A DNA stretch of 63,199 nucleotides, counting the filler, from Octopus bimaculoides (lineage: Eukaryota), in NCBI RefSeq assembly GCF_001194135.2. It is 5 parts of 4 records of this genome, joined end to end, with 100 filler letters (N's around TTAATTAATTAA, not from the genome) between each part and the next. Parts side by side here need not be neighbours in the genome. Positions count along the whole stretch, not along the records: positions 1 to 18,605 come from NC_068993.1; positions 18,706 to 27,904 come from NC_068991.1; 3 more parts are not named here. The stretch is one strand, 5' to 3'. Positions 13,101 to 26,347 of this stretch are shown in pieces. Below the pieces are notes generated by a model, which saw only the letters and a program-made list of their open reading frames with translations, did no database searches and was not told the DNA's origin. Positions within the stretch are counted from its first letter, which is position 1; every line of letters starts with the position of its first letter. Made by a program: the position numbers and the translations under genes.

Positions 13101-15177
13101 CAGCAGCAGCAGCAGTTATAGTAAGAGGAGGAGGAGGGCGCAGGAGGTCAGGGAGAGGGCGACAGCAGCAATAGGTCACGGTTCAGTTGTTGTGCCTTGT
13201 AGATAAGGTTGACAGTAAATCAACTTCATGAACTGTTGACTGAGTGATGTGAGAGAGGCAAGCAATTACGAAGTATCAAGGTGACGCACTCTGTTAGCCG
13301 CTCAAACAAAATATAATGATAAAGCCACACTTCAGATAAAGACACGACACTGCTTCTTTTTATCATCTTCAAACTGATTGTGTTTTTCAAGATAACACAT
13401 AAGTGCCTGCATGTCTGTGTGTGTGTGTATTTGTTGTGTGTATGTGTGTATTTGTTGTGTATGCACGCGCGTATTGTGTGTGTGCGTGCGTGCATGTGTG
13501 TGTGAACCGTAGTGTAAATCAGAGGTAGAATATGTTTAAATGCTATAAAGCCTTACTGTAAGGTTGAGTAAGAAAGTAAGCGCATTTTCTATATGTTACT
13601 AATGCGTGGGAAAAAATAATTAATGAGCTAGTCTCCTGCCGGACAGTTTTAGAGTTTCTTCACTGCTCCTCAGAGAAGGTATACATTGGTTCCTTCCTCA
13701 ATCAATAACATTGATAAGTCATGAGCTATCAAGCACCCTAGTGGAAATATATGTATACATGTATGTATGAATATACACATATATACATCCATAAATATAA
13801 ATGATATATATAATATTCATATGCTAGTGTTTATATATGTTTATGTGTGTGTTTTTGTCTATAATTGCATGCGCTTTGGTATGAACTTAACGGGTACATA
13901 CACACACACGCACACACACACGTGCGCGCACACACACACACACACACACATCTATACACTAAGTGTTTGTATGCATAAGATTGTTTATATGTACGCATGT
14001 TATTGTCTTTCTCACTTTTTCTATGACCTTGTTTGTGAGAATATGTGTATGTGGTAATGTTACTGCGTTTGTTCGTACGTAAAAGAGGGATAGAGAGAGT
14101 GAAGAAGGAGGAGGAGGAGGAGAAGAAGAAGAAGAAGAAGAAGAAGAAGAAGAAGAAGAAAAAGAAGAAGAAGAAAAAGAAGAAGAAGAAAAAGAAGAAG
14201 AAGAAAAAGAAGAAGAAGAAGAAGAAATAAACTTGTGTGCCTCTGTGTGTGTGTGCACGCGCACGCGTGAAGATGCTAGTTGCTGTGTGAACGAGAATAC
14301 AGATATGTGCGCGCGCGTGTGAGTTTGATTAGTAAAAAGAGAAGGTGCGTTGTCAAGGAAGTTGGAGAGACAGAGAGAGACACAGAAAGAGAAACAGACA
14401 GACAGACAGACAGGAACAGATACTGAAAGAGATTGAGAGTGAATGACGAGATGTCTGACGAGAAGCTGAAATACAATTCGCGTACGATAATCGAGATCGC
14501 TAGAACTAACGTAAATCTAGACAGTGGGTATTCTTCCCTATATCTTTTAAAGCGAGGAAAATCAGTTAATATAAAAATCATAAAGCTAATGATCAATGGG
14601 AGTCATTCTTTTTGACAACCTTTCTTCATGCCTCACTGGCAACTTCAGATTTTTGAGATAGAATGGTATATTTGATACAAATAAATAAACAAAAGTAAAT
14701 AAAGAATAACGCAAAAAAAAATCTTTGCTCCTTTTCTTGATATCAGCAGTCTGTTATGAAGCACGTCACAGATGTTCATGGCAAATCCCTAAAGATAAAG
14801 TTGTCCTGATTGAGATAACCTTTCTTGCTGGCTACTTAAAGAATACTAACTCAACGTTAGAGTCCCAGGCAGGGACTAGATATAATTGACCGATATCTCG
14901 GAACTTGTCAGCATTTCTTAACCGTTATCTTACATATCTGTTCCTTTATTTCTCTCGTTTTTTTTTCTTCTCTTCTGTATTCGCTCCCTTCCTCTCTACC
15001 TTTTCTTCACCTTAAAGTTACGGCAGTTTTATTTTAGAGCCATGTGCAGGGCATAGAGCAGCTAACTCCTGTCACTCAATGCTTCCCATTATGGTTAATT
15101 CATTTACTTAACCAGCGACAAAGAGTAAAAATAAAACAAACAAATGAAGATTTGGCATTATTTCAAATAATTCCTCA

Positions 15178-15840
15178 AGGCAACGAGCTATAAGAATCGT
15201 TACTGTGCCGGACAAAACTGCTCAGTGGCATTTCTTCCGCTTCTTTACGTTTTGTGTTCAAATATCGCTGAGGCCGACTTTACTTTCCAATATTTCAGGG
15301 TCTATAAAAAAATAGTACCAGTTGAGCACTGGAGTCGATATAATCGATTTCCCCGCCTCTTAAATTGCTGGCTTTGTTCCAAAATTAGAAAGAATTGTTT
15401 CAATTAATTCCTAGTGATGGGATGGCAGAATCGGTAGAGTGCTAAAAAAGAAAATCTAAGTGCTATGTAGTTATTTCTTTTACGTCATGAGTTCAAAATC
15501 CCAACAAGTTTCACTTTATCTTTTATGCTACCGAGAGGTCACTAAAATTAAGAACAAATCAAGTACTGGTATCACTCCAATGATATCTCCTTCACCACTC
15601 CATGTGTGGCCTTGTGTCTATGTTAGCAATCGAGTTGGAAAACAGCGAGAGCGTCAGTAGACATTTGCTTTGCGGTGTTCGTTCTAACTTCTTACGTTCT
15701 GAGTGCAAACCCAATCGCGCTCAACTTTGCTTTGCATGCTACTGTGTTTCATAAAAAAAATACGAGTTAAGTACTGAGGTCGATGTAATCCACAACCATC
15801 CAGATTACTAGCTTTGTTCCTATAATCGGAAACATTTATT
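15178..15840 (+). mobile_element. Cluster of 2-3 degenerate S2 SINE copies
   Basis: Repeated degenerate GAGTTCAAA / GTCGAT.TAATC motifs. Confidence 0.6.
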
Positions 15841-16387
15841 TAATTATTTGCGTGGCGGTGTGGAAGAATGCAGGTAAATAACTTGGTGTGTTTAATTATG
15901 TGCATTTAAGTTCTGAGTTCAATTTAGTTTTGTTTTTATCATTTCTGATACCAGTCAAGTACTAGACGCATTGTCAGACGGTAGTTAGACGATCCGATAC
16001 AAGTAGAGACGATGGTAGCTCGATTGATGCTAGATTTGGATTTGAGAAAGTGATTAAGAGTGTCTATGCATCAAGATAATAATTACTGCAGAGAGTTTAA
16101 AAAAACTACACCGACAGTAAGTGAAATGGTGGAGTGAGAGCGCAAGAGCATTTTATGAAGCACTATATACCTAATGTTAAGTTAATGAACGAGTGTCTAT
16201 ACGGTCGGTCCATCTGCAAAGGATGACAGCCGAATACCTCCTCAGATCACACCCTACCTTTGTAAAAGAAAAGACCTATTGGATGTTGTTGCCCAATTGA
16301 TAATTCTGCCCCCGATTAGGGTTCGCTTGGTGTTAAACAGCAGAAGCAACTACAACTGGTTAAAGACACATTACTATGATGCACTAT

Positions 16388-16794
16388 TCTTTATCTTTTG
16401 TTTTGGTCACTGAACTGCGGTCACGCTAGGCTGCCACCTTTAAGGGATTTAGTCAAAGAAATCCACCCCATTAGGTATGCTTTTTTTTTAAAGTTGGCAT
16501 TTATTCTATCATACCCTTTTGATGAACTGCTAGCATCGGTTGATAAGCGGTGGTGGGTTGACATACACATACATACACACATACAAACACACACACACAC
16601 GTACACACATATGCATACACGTATGTACAATGTGCTTCCAGACAGTTTCTGTTTACTAAATTCACTCACACATTAGTCGGTCTGGAACTAAAGTAGGAGA
16701 TATTTATTTGTCGAGCGTGCTGTACAGTACAATTGAACCCGAAGCCATTTAGTTGCAGAGCGAGCTTCTGAACCACGCAGCCATGCCGGCGCCT
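16388..16794 (-). mobile_element. S1 SINE, degenerate
   Basis: Reverse complement starts AGGCGCCGGCATGGCTGCGTGGTTCAGAAGC and ends with the S1 tail. Confidence 0.7.
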
Positions 16795-17059
16795 ATCTTT
16801 GAAAAATACTGAAACGGTCAGTATTGGAAGGTTTTGGTCATAGGTCACTGGATCAGAATTGACCTAGGCTTAAACAACACAACAGAAGAATTCTCCACCT
16901 GGAAATATTCCCTAGTTTTATTTTACTGTTTTTTCTTTCTGTGCAAAAATGCCTGAATGGATATTTTGATATCAAAATGAGGTTATTTAATTGTTTGTTG
17001 GTTTGTCTAGATTTGTTGTCCGTTTTTAGTTTTATTGTATTAAATAAATTCTTCTTCTA

Positions 17060-17550
17060 GCCTGGTAGCTGTGGCGAAAGAAGTTATTTGTTGGATAAGA
17101 CTGAGAGGCATGAGGACATATACATTCCTCTTTGGCAGAGCTCTCACTGATTTCTTCAAGTTTCACTTGAAAAGAAAACTGAGTGAAGAGGGAAGTGCTG
17201 CCTTCAACTGAATTTACTGAAAAGTGGGTGAAAGTTACGAAAATGGCAAGAGTGGATGGTGTACCTCTCTAAATGTAGACTTGTGAGTCGGAGAGAAGGA
17301 CCTGGAGAGGACACCGTCTCTTGAGATTTCAGGGAAATCTCGGGCAGTAGGGTTCCTCGAGTATATCTAGAGGCGTTCCTATACGTGGAAGGTCACATTT
17401 CTATCATCCATCCCCGCCACTTTTTTTCTAACCTATGTACGTTATGCATATATCCTTTCTTTTTCAGTGTATACCATGTATACTTTTCTTTTTGTTTTTA
17501 TCATTTCATTATGTATAAACTGGTCCCCTCATCCTTTGCCAAATAAATGA
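17060..17550 (+). mobile_element. L1/Tx1-like LINE 3' end (ORF2 C-terminus plus 3' UTR)
   Basis: LVAVAKEVICWIRLRGMRTYTFLFGRALTDFFKFHLKRKL...KWVKVTKMARVDG*, then a T-rich UTR and AATAAA at 17542. Confidence 0.55.
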
Positions 17551-17575
17551 AATCATTATTATTATTACTACTACT

Positions 17576-17765
17576 AAGGCGACGAGCTGGCAGAATCATT
17601 AGCACGCTGGACGAAATGCTTAGCAGTATTTCGCCCGTCTCCACGTTCTGCGTTCAAATTCCGCGGAAGTCGGCCTTGCCTTTCATACCAGAAGTACTGG
17701 GGTCGATCTAATTGACTATTCCACTCCCTTGAAATTTCAGGTCTTGTGAATATAGTAGAAAGAAT
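17576..17765 (+). mobile_element. S2 SINE
   Basis: Head AAGGCGACGAGCTGGCAGAATC...CAAATTCCGCGGAAGTCGGCCTTGCCTTTCAT. Confidence 0.8.
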
Positions 17766-18167
17766 TATTATTATTATTATTATTATTATTATTGCAGTCG
17801 AATGTACAGTTGCAGGATGGCTCGTAGGTGTGACTGACTGATGTTCTTTAAAAGACATCGTGTCTGGTACCATAAAAAAGGCGAGACAAAGAAGGAAGGA
17901 AAGAATAAGAATGAAAATAGGGGTGGGGACGATAAGATAAAATAAAATGAAGTGAAATAATTGAAATAATAAACAGACAAATAAAACTAAAATAATGATT
18001 AAGAAAATACAATGACCTAAACTTTGAGAAATTACATGTCAACAAACACACACACACACACACATTTATATATCTACACATATATATTTGTGTGTGTGTA
18101 GATATATATATATATATATATAGATGTATGCATATATATACATGAATATATACATTTATATATACAA

Positions 18168-18230
<63 letters not shown>

Positions 18231-18605
18231 TACACACAGATGTTTGTGTGTGGGTGTGTGATAGATAAGCGGATCAGGTAGATAACCGACCAACTTGTAA
18301 TGTACCCTTTTATTAGTTATTTAGTTATTTATTTTTTCCTCACATCTCCACCTCACCACACCACTGTTCCTCTTTCATATCTCACACATTATTCTTCTGT
18401 ATAACAACGCCACCCTGCATAACACCCGACTCACACCCCGTACTATTACCTTCCTTCCTTATTATTTTCTTGTTGCTTTGTTCATTATAGGGGTTCATCA
18501 CATTATCTTTTTCTTATCAGTGGGCGCCCTATTTATCACTATGGGCCCTATTTTTTTTTATTACGATGTTTTATCGTACTTCATATATATATATATATAT
18601 ATATA

Positions 18606-18705
18606 NNNNNNNNNNNNNNNNNNNNNNNNNNNNNNNNNNNNNNNNNNNNTTAATTAATTAANNNNNNNNNNNNNNNNNNNNNNNNNNNNNNNNNNNNNNN
18701 NNNNN
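18606..18705. other. Artificial assembly linker N44-TTAATTAATTAA-N44; also at 27905-28004, 53257-53356 and 60735-60834
   Basis: The same 100-bp construct occurs four times, and the 12-mer has stops in all six frames. Confidence 0.9.
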
Positions 18706-19125
18706 GTCAAAGGCTTTCTCCATGTCAACGAAAGCCAGGTACAGAGGTTTATCCTTGGCTAGGTATTTCTCTTGCAACTGTCTCACTAGAAATAAGGCAT
18801 CAGTAGTGCTTTTACCTGGCACGAACCCAAACTGCATCTCATCTAAATTGATTCGCTCCCTAATTAGTTGGGCTATGACCCTCTCTGTAACTTTCATAAC
18901 CTGATCTAACAGCTTGATGCCTCTGTAATTATTTGTATCTAAAGCGTCCCCTTTACCTTTGTAGCAGTTGACTATGATGCTGCTACACCAGTCATAGGGT
19001 ATGACTCCTTCGTGTATCACCTGGTTCGTAATACGGGTGACTAGGCTATAGCCAACACTGCCAGATATTTTGTATACTGTATTGGTGAATGATTCTATTA
19101 TCAAGCAGATGACCATTGCTCTGTA
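18706..19125 (-). mobile_element. RTE-clade LINE reverse transcriptase fragment
   Basis: IPYDWCSSIIVNCYKGKGDALDTNNYRGIKLLDQVMKV...QFGFVPGKSTTDALFLVRQLQEKY...LYLAFVDMEKAFD. Confidence 0.9.
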
Positions 19126-19329
19126 TTGTTAAAGACGTGATTCAGTAACAATTTTCCAAATGTGTGAATCACCAGTTGTTGGGTTAGTTTATGTCCAACA
19201 CAGGACCAGTGGATATACTTTCCATTCCAAATCTCACCTCCTTCATCTTTGTGTGGAAATCTTGACTATGTGGTATATGTAGTTATCATTTTCTAAACAC
19301 AGTAAATTACTTGGTGACCTGATCTGAGC

Positions 19330-19500
19330 CAGTGTCACATAAAAAGCACCCACTACACTCTGTAAAGAGGTTGGTACTAGGAAGGACATCCAGCTTAGAA
19401 ACCATGCCAAAGCAGGCATTGAAATTTGGTGCAGTCTTCTGGCTCATCAGATTCTGTCAACTGTCCAACCTATGCCATCATGGAAAACAGACATTGATGA
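19330..19500 (+). mobile_element. RTE-type 3' end fragment (LINE or LINE-tailed SINE)
   Basis: Ends CCAACCTATGCCATCATGGAAAACAGACATTGATGA, the reverse complement of the RTE tails at 20400 and 24001. Confidence 0.6.
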
Positions 19501-20397
19501 ATATGGTGGTGGTGGTGGTGATTGTGGTGGTGGTGGTGGTGGTGGTGNNNNNNNNNNNNNNNNNNNNNNNNNNNNNNNNNNNNNNNNNNNNNNNNNNNNN
19601 NNNNNNNNNNNNNNNNNNNNNNNNNNNNNNNNNNNNNNNNNNNNNNNNNNNNNNNNNNNNNNNNNNNNNNNNNNNNNNNNNNNNNNNNNNNNNNNNNNNN
19701 NNNNNNNNNNNNNNNNNNNNNNNNNNNNNNNNNNNNNNNNNNNNNNNNNNNNNNNNNNNNNNNNNNNNNNNNNNNNNNNNNNNNNNNNNNNNNNNNNNNN
19801 NNNNNNNNNNNNNNNNNNNNNNNNNNNNNNNNNNNNNNNNNNNNNNNNNNNNNNNNNNNNNNNNNNNNNNNNNNNNNNNNNNNNNNNNNNNNNNNNNNNN
19901 NNNNNNNNNNNNNNNNNNNNNNNNNNNNNNNNNNNNNNNNNNNNNNNNNNNNNNNNNNNNNNNNNNNNNNNNNNNNNNNNNNNNNNNNNNNNNNNNNNNN
20001 NNNNNNNNNNNNNNNNNNNNNNNNNNNNNNNNNNNNNNNNNNNNNNNNNNNNNNNNNNNNNNNNNNNNNNNNNNNNNNNNNNNNNNNNNNNNNNNNNNNN
20101 NNNNNNNNNNNNNNNNNNNNNNNNNNNNNNNNNNNNNNNNNNNNNNNNNNNNNNNNNNNNNNNNNNNNNNNNNNNNNNNNNNNNNNNNNNNNNNNNNNNN
20201 NNNNNNNNNNNNNNNNNNNNNNNNNNNNNNNNNNNNNNNNNNNNNNNNNNNNNNNNNNNNNNNNNNNNNNNNNNNNNNNNNNNNNNNNNNNNNNNNNNNN
20301 NNNNNNNNNNNNNNNNNNNNNNNNNNNNNNNNNNNNNNNNNNNNNNNNNNNNNNNNNNNNNNNNNNNNNNNNNNNNNNNNNNNNNNNNNATATATAT

Positions 20398-22770
20398 CAT
20401 CATCATCATCATCGTTTAACATCTGTTGTCCATGTTGGCATGGGTTGGGTGGTTTGATCAGGGCTGGTAAGCTGAGGGGCTGTGCCAGACTCCAGTCTGA
20501 TTTGACATGATTTCTACAGCTGGATGCCCTTCCTAATCGCAAGCACTCTGAGAGTATAATGGGTGATCCTACATGCAACCAGCATGGGTGCCAGTTGCAT
20601 GACACCAGTATCTGTAACGACTATGATTTCACCTGGCTTCATGGGTCTTTCTACTCAAACACAGCATATTGCTGAAGGTTTTGGTCATTTGTCATTGCCT
20701 CTGTGAGGCTCTATGCTTGAAAGGTGCTAGTTATGCAATACTAGCACAAGTGATAGTTGTGAAACACCGGCATCAGTCACATTGCCTCTAATGAGGCCCA
20801 ATGCTTGAATGGTGCTTTTTACATGCCACCAACATGGGTGCCAGTTACACGACACCAGCATCAGCCATGACTATGATTTAATTTGGCTTGACAGGTCTTC
20901 TCAGGTATGGCATATCACCAAAAGCCTTGGTCACTAGTCATTGCTGCTGTATGGCCCAACGCTCGAAGATCATGCTTCACCACCCTGTCTCATGTCTTCC
21001 TGAGTCTACCTCTTCATGTTCCCTCCAGAGTTAGAGATTGGCACTTCTTTATACAGCTGTGCTCATGCATGTACATCACATAACCATACCAGAGCACTCA
21101 TCTCTCTCTTGCACACCACACCTGATGCCTCTTATTATCAACTTTTCTCTCAAGATGATTATACTCTGTCGTACATGTACATGCACACTGACATTGCACA
21201 TCCAGCAAAGCATGCTAACTTCACTTCTTTCAAGCCTACACATGTCCTTGGTGGTCACAGCCCATGTTTCATTGCTGTGTAGCATAGCTGTTTGCATGCA
21301 AGCATCATACAGTCTACCTTTCACTCTGAGGGAGAGGCCCTTTGTTGCCAGCAGAAGTAGGAGCTCTCTGAACTTTACCCAGCCTATTCTTATTCTTGTA
21401 GCTACACTCTTGGAGCATCTGCCTCTGCTACTTACTTAGTCACCTAGATAACGGAAGCTATCAACTGTCTAGCTTACCCAACTGGCATTTGATGGAGTCT
21501 ATTTTCTGTAAATTTTTAGTGTTTATTGTATCTGTGTATCCTCCACACACAAGAACTATTTCCCCAGTTAACCTTCCTCTGATATTGCTGCACCTCTTAT
21601 GTGTCCATAGCTTGCACTAGGTACATCTTATGGAATTTTTACCTATGCCTTTCCTACAGATCAAGCAAAGGTATCTATCTGAAGGCATTTGTGATTTGTC
21701 TGCTTTCCTACTTACTAAGACTTTGGTCCTTACTGACTGCATCCTTGTACATGGCTTGTACAGCTCTCACTAACCACTCATCTATCCCTAGTTTCTACAT
21801 TGCCCACCAGATAATGGAAAGGGGAACCCTGTCAAAGGCTTTCTCCATGTCAACAAAAACCAAGTACACAGGTTTATCTTTAGCTAGATATTTCTCCTGC
21901 TGTTGCCTTACCAGAAATATAGCATCAATAGTGCTTCTCCCTGGCACAAAATCAAACAGTATTTCATCTAGACTAACTCACTTTCTAATTAGTTGGGCTA
22001 TGATCCTCTCCGTGACTTTCATCACCTGATCCAACAATTCTCTGTAATTATTTCTATCTAAGGTGTCACCTTCACCTTTGTAGCAGTTGAATATGGTGCT
22101 GTTACATCAGTCATTGGGTATGACTCTTTTGTGTATTACCTGATTTACTATCTGGGTGACTACACCATAACCAACACCACTAATTTTAAGCATCTCAGTG
22201 GTTATACCTGATGGGCCAGAGGCTTTCCTGTTCTCCATATCCTTCATGGCTACAATGCTACAGTCTGTTTGGATTGCTGGTCCCTCTGTTGGATCAATGT
22301 TAGGCAGACTCTCCTTCTCCCATGAGTTCTCTACATTTAGTAGCCATTCATAATGGTACTTCCAAGCTTCTTTCTTTGCAGAATCACAAACTGCAAGTGA
22401 ACTATCATCCATGTTAACACACTTCTCTCCCACAACATCACAACTTTCCCTGGTATACTGTCTTGCAAAGTGAAACACTTCAAGCTACTAGTCCTCATGT
22501 TGCAGAACATTGGCAAACTCCTTCTTTCCTGCTTTACTCCTGGCTAAGTATACCTGCCTCCTAGCTACCTGATGTAGCTCCTTGCTACTACCACCCTTCC
22601 AGTCCTTCCAAGCCTGTTTCTTTGCTTTAATGGCCCAGTCAACTACATTGTTCTACCATCATGTCACCCTAGGTCTGGTTTGGACTTTGCACCACCAAGA
22701 GATTTGATCTGTGGCCCTCAGCAAATTGTCTTGTAGGAACTTCCAGTTATCCTATATATTGTATGTCTGC
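20398..22770 (-). mobile_element. Decayed, internally deleted RTE-clade LINE
   Basis: RT motifs (QEKYLAKDKPVYLVFVDMEKAFDRVP on the minus strand), a C-terminal LREKLIIRGIRCGVQER motif, a repeat-rich 3' UTR and a (GAT)n tail. Confidence 0.85.
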
Positions 22771-23092
22771 AACACCTCCTCCCTCTCATCAGATGCTTCA
22801 GTTAGGAAGTCCCTGAACCTCTGACTATTCAAAGGATTGTATACACACACACACACACACACACACATACACACACACACACAATTATTTTCAGGATCCA
22901 ACAGAATCAAGGATAGCATACCTGTGTATGAAGAGTGCATACAGAAACTCATATACTTACTAAAACGTATATGGATTTATCTTTCCAGTTAAACATACAT
23001 CCACAAGTATAGACCAAATACACCTAACATATACATAAAATCATACAGGCGTATACTCTGGCATGCAGTCCATGGTCCACTGTAAGCTGAAG

Positions 23093-23198
23093 CAGGTGTG
23101 TCGCATGACTTTTAGAGGCCCCCTACAAATTTTTGTTTTGAGGCCCCATCCCTTTAATCAAAATTCATAATCTATGCACCTTTTATTCCTAGCTATAT

Positions 23199-23230
<32 letters not shown>

Positions 23231-23605
23231 CATACAATATTTCATATTTATTCTAAAGAACATCTGTTAAAGCACCACAAGTTAAATTTATTTAGGTCTA
23301 TTACAAATTTCAATAAGTAAAACTTCCAGATATGTGAGTAATAAGGACCAGAATATACAAAGCCTATTTAGGTAGGGACGTTCGTGGTAAAATTGTAATA
23401 TTTTTACAAGAACTTTTGCAGGTACAATGTATTACCATTTTGTTTCTTGAAATTTTCAGTTAACAGAGATAGTTTAATGCTTGTTCAGCATCTAAACCAA
23501 AGTAAATAAATGACTCATCTACGTACTTTAATCTTAACATGGGGTCCCTCAACCATGGAGGCACCCTGCGACCTCAAGAATTGCAGGGGCTTAGCGAAAG
23601 CCCTG
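23093..23605. mobile_element. Possible old hAT-type non-autonomous element
   Basis: CAGG.../...CCCTG ends with subterminal GGCCCC/GGGGTCCC motifs. Putative TSD matches only 5 of 8. Confidence 0.3.
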
Positions 23606-24000
23606 GGCTCAAAGTTCAATGCAGAGAAGGTTCTGAGTGTGGTATAAATAATAACACAAATGGGCTGAGGTTCACTACACCTATTTCAGACATGTTTTTT
23701 TTATTGATGAACAAATCAATTACATCATGTAAAAGAAAAAAAACGTTTTCTTCAGGTGAATTAAAGATAATAAAATTTAACATTTAAGATTTTTCACACA
23801 AATATTACAGGATGCATATTGACTCTCTCATTTTGGTGCCAGTTGAGAAAGTTTATACACACACACACACAATTAAGATTCAGGTACTTAAACGACAGTA
23901 ATGCATTGATACCTGGACATCCTTATTACTTATTTAAACACACACACATACACACACATACACGCACACACACACATACACATATGAATACACATATATA

Positions 24001-24031
<31 letters not shown>

Positions 24032-24790
24032 GTTTAACGTCCGTTTTCCATGCTGGCATGGGTTGGACGGTTTGACTGAGGTTTGGAGAGCCAGTGGCTA
24101 CACCAGGCTCCAATCTGATCTGGTAATGTTTCTAGAGCTGGATGTCCTTCCTAAAGCCAACCACTCCAAGAGTGTAGTGGGTGCTTTTTACATGCCACTG
24201 GCACAGGAGCCAGTCAAGCAGGCCTGGCATCAATCACGTTCGGATGGGGCTATTTACGTGCCACTGGTATGGGAGCCAGTAAGGCAGACTTGGCATCGAC
24301 CACGTTCAGATGGTGCTTCTTATGTACCACCAGCACGGGAGCCAGTCAGAGGGCATTGGCCACAGCTACGATATTGGTTTTACTAGACTCAACAGGTTTT
24401 CTCAAGTATATCATATCTCCTGACACATCAGGGGTATTCTTAACAGGGCCGGACATGCATGGCTGCGATCTCACTTTAGCTGCCGGGGCTTCTCAATCAC
24501 ATTATATCTCCTGTCATTGCCTCTGTGAAGCCCAGTGTCTGAAAGTCATGCTTCACCACCTCATCCCATGTCTTCCTGGGTCTACCTCTTCCACAGGTTC
24601 CTTCCACAGGTTCCTTCCACAGTTAGGGAATGTCACTTCCTCACACGGCTATCTTCATTCATACATAACACATGACCATACCAGTGCAGGCGCCTCTCTT
24701 GCGCACCACATTTGATGCTTCTTATGCCCAACTTTTCTCTTAGGGCACTTACACTCTGTTGTGTATGCATACTGACATTACACATACATA
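24001..24790 (-). mobile_element. RTE-clade LINE 3' end
   Basis: ALREKLGIRSIKCGAQERRLHWYGHVLCMNED, a 3' UTR with 66-bp internal repeats, and a (GAT)n tail. Confidence 0.85.
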
Positions 24791-24829
24791 CATACATACA
24801 TACATACATGCATCTTTTAATCATCAAGT

Positions 24830-25570
24830 GTTGAAGTGCATCCCTTGACCAAGTTTGCATACATGAGGCTTATAACATCATAAGACTTGGAAGGCAGCTC
24901 TTTGAGCAACACTCTTTGTCTGATAACCTAGAATACATGCCCAAAGAAGTCGCACAACTCTACTGCAATGTATCATCAGATAAAAGGATGAGTCTATACA
25001 AACAGAAGACTGCATGGATATGTTACTAGAAAGCTCCGTGATGATAGTAACATCGGTCATCAAAGCAGTTCATCATGGACTAATGCCCGGATTACTACCT
25101 CTCACTCTGAAGGGTATGCGTTTGCAATCCAGGAACAGGAAATATCAACTAAGTACTTGATGCACAAAAGGGATAGAGATGCAGATAGAGCCGTAAAGTG
25201 TGACAGCCGATGCAGACTTTGTGGAGTTCACACTGAAGATATCACCCCATCATAAGCAGTTGTCCAAAAATGTCATCACGGTATTACCTACCGATGAGAC
25301 ATGGCGTTATAGCTAGGATACTCTATATTGAAATCTGCTTGAAGGATAATCCTGATGTCAAAGAAATAAGAACCCATAGCCACTCATAACAAAAAAGAAT
25401 ACTGGTGGAATGTACCAGTGAAGACCTCAATAAAATGTAAGCACAACAGATCTGATATAATGATTTGGGATAGAGAAGGAAATTAGCTGCCCAGTAGATG
25501 TTAACATAAAGCTGAAGATCAGTGAAAAAGAGAACACCTATGCTGAACTATTGAGAAATCTACATAGAAT
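24830..25570 (+). mobile_element. R4-clade RLE retrotransposon fragment (CCHC knuckle plus RLE), same lineage as 49830-52650
   Basis: EGYAFAIQEQEISTKYL...CRLCGVHTEDIT-IISSCPKMSSRYYLPMRH...KCKHNRSDIMIWD. Confidence 0.85.
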
Positions 25571-26149
25571 AGTGGGAGTATTCTATCCTATTACTCTGTC
25601 ACTCTCTCTCCCTCATTCCTCCTCCCTTGCTTATGTGGCTCCCACGTGACCATCGACCATCTTTCTTTCTTTCTCTCCATTGTAGCTGGAGCAAGGAAGA
25701 CGTGTTCTTGTTTGTCTCCTGTTCTAGCTTGATTTATGCGTTCACCACCACAACCTCATTTAGGCTTAGCAGCCCTTCCTGTTTGTTTTCAGTGCCCCTA
25801 TTTGTGTTACCTATTTTGACCCTCCGCAAAATCCCAAATTCTATTTAATTTGTTTTGCAGGAGCAACTGTTTTATTGAAAGCATATATTGTTGTTTAATG
25901 CTCGACATATGGGTCTAGAAAAACAACCAACAACTGATGTTCTTTATGTTTGTTTTGTTTTCTATTTGTGTCTTTCGTTGTTCGAAAGAATAGTTCATGT
26001 TCCCGTGCTTCGTGCTTTTTTGTTGTACATGTTTCATGACATCCTGTGCCCACATATGCATATATACATATATATATATATATGTATAGATCTAAGTATG
26101 TACATGTACGTATGTATATATGCATATATATATTATTTATATTATTTAT

Positions 26150-26262
26150 ATTATTATTATTATTACTATTATTAATCAGGTCGCTGCCGTGAATCGAACT
26201 CGGAATCTTGGGGTTAGTAGCCCACACTCTTAACCACTACGCCATATGCCCACGGGCATATA
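26150..26262 (-). mobile_element. Second tRNA-like head plus (AAT)n of the hammerhead-bearing element
   Basis: Identical to about 26545-26648. Confidence 0.75.
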
Positions 26263-26347
26263 NNNNNNNNNNNNNNNNNNNNNNNNNNNNNNNNNNNNNN
26301 NNNNNNNNNNNNNNNNNNNNNNNNNNNNNNNNNNNNNNNNNNNNNNN

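Noticed and set aside
14433-14615. 60-aa ORF after GA/CA repeats
   Set aside because: No recognisable motif or splice support, and the length is within chance expectation.
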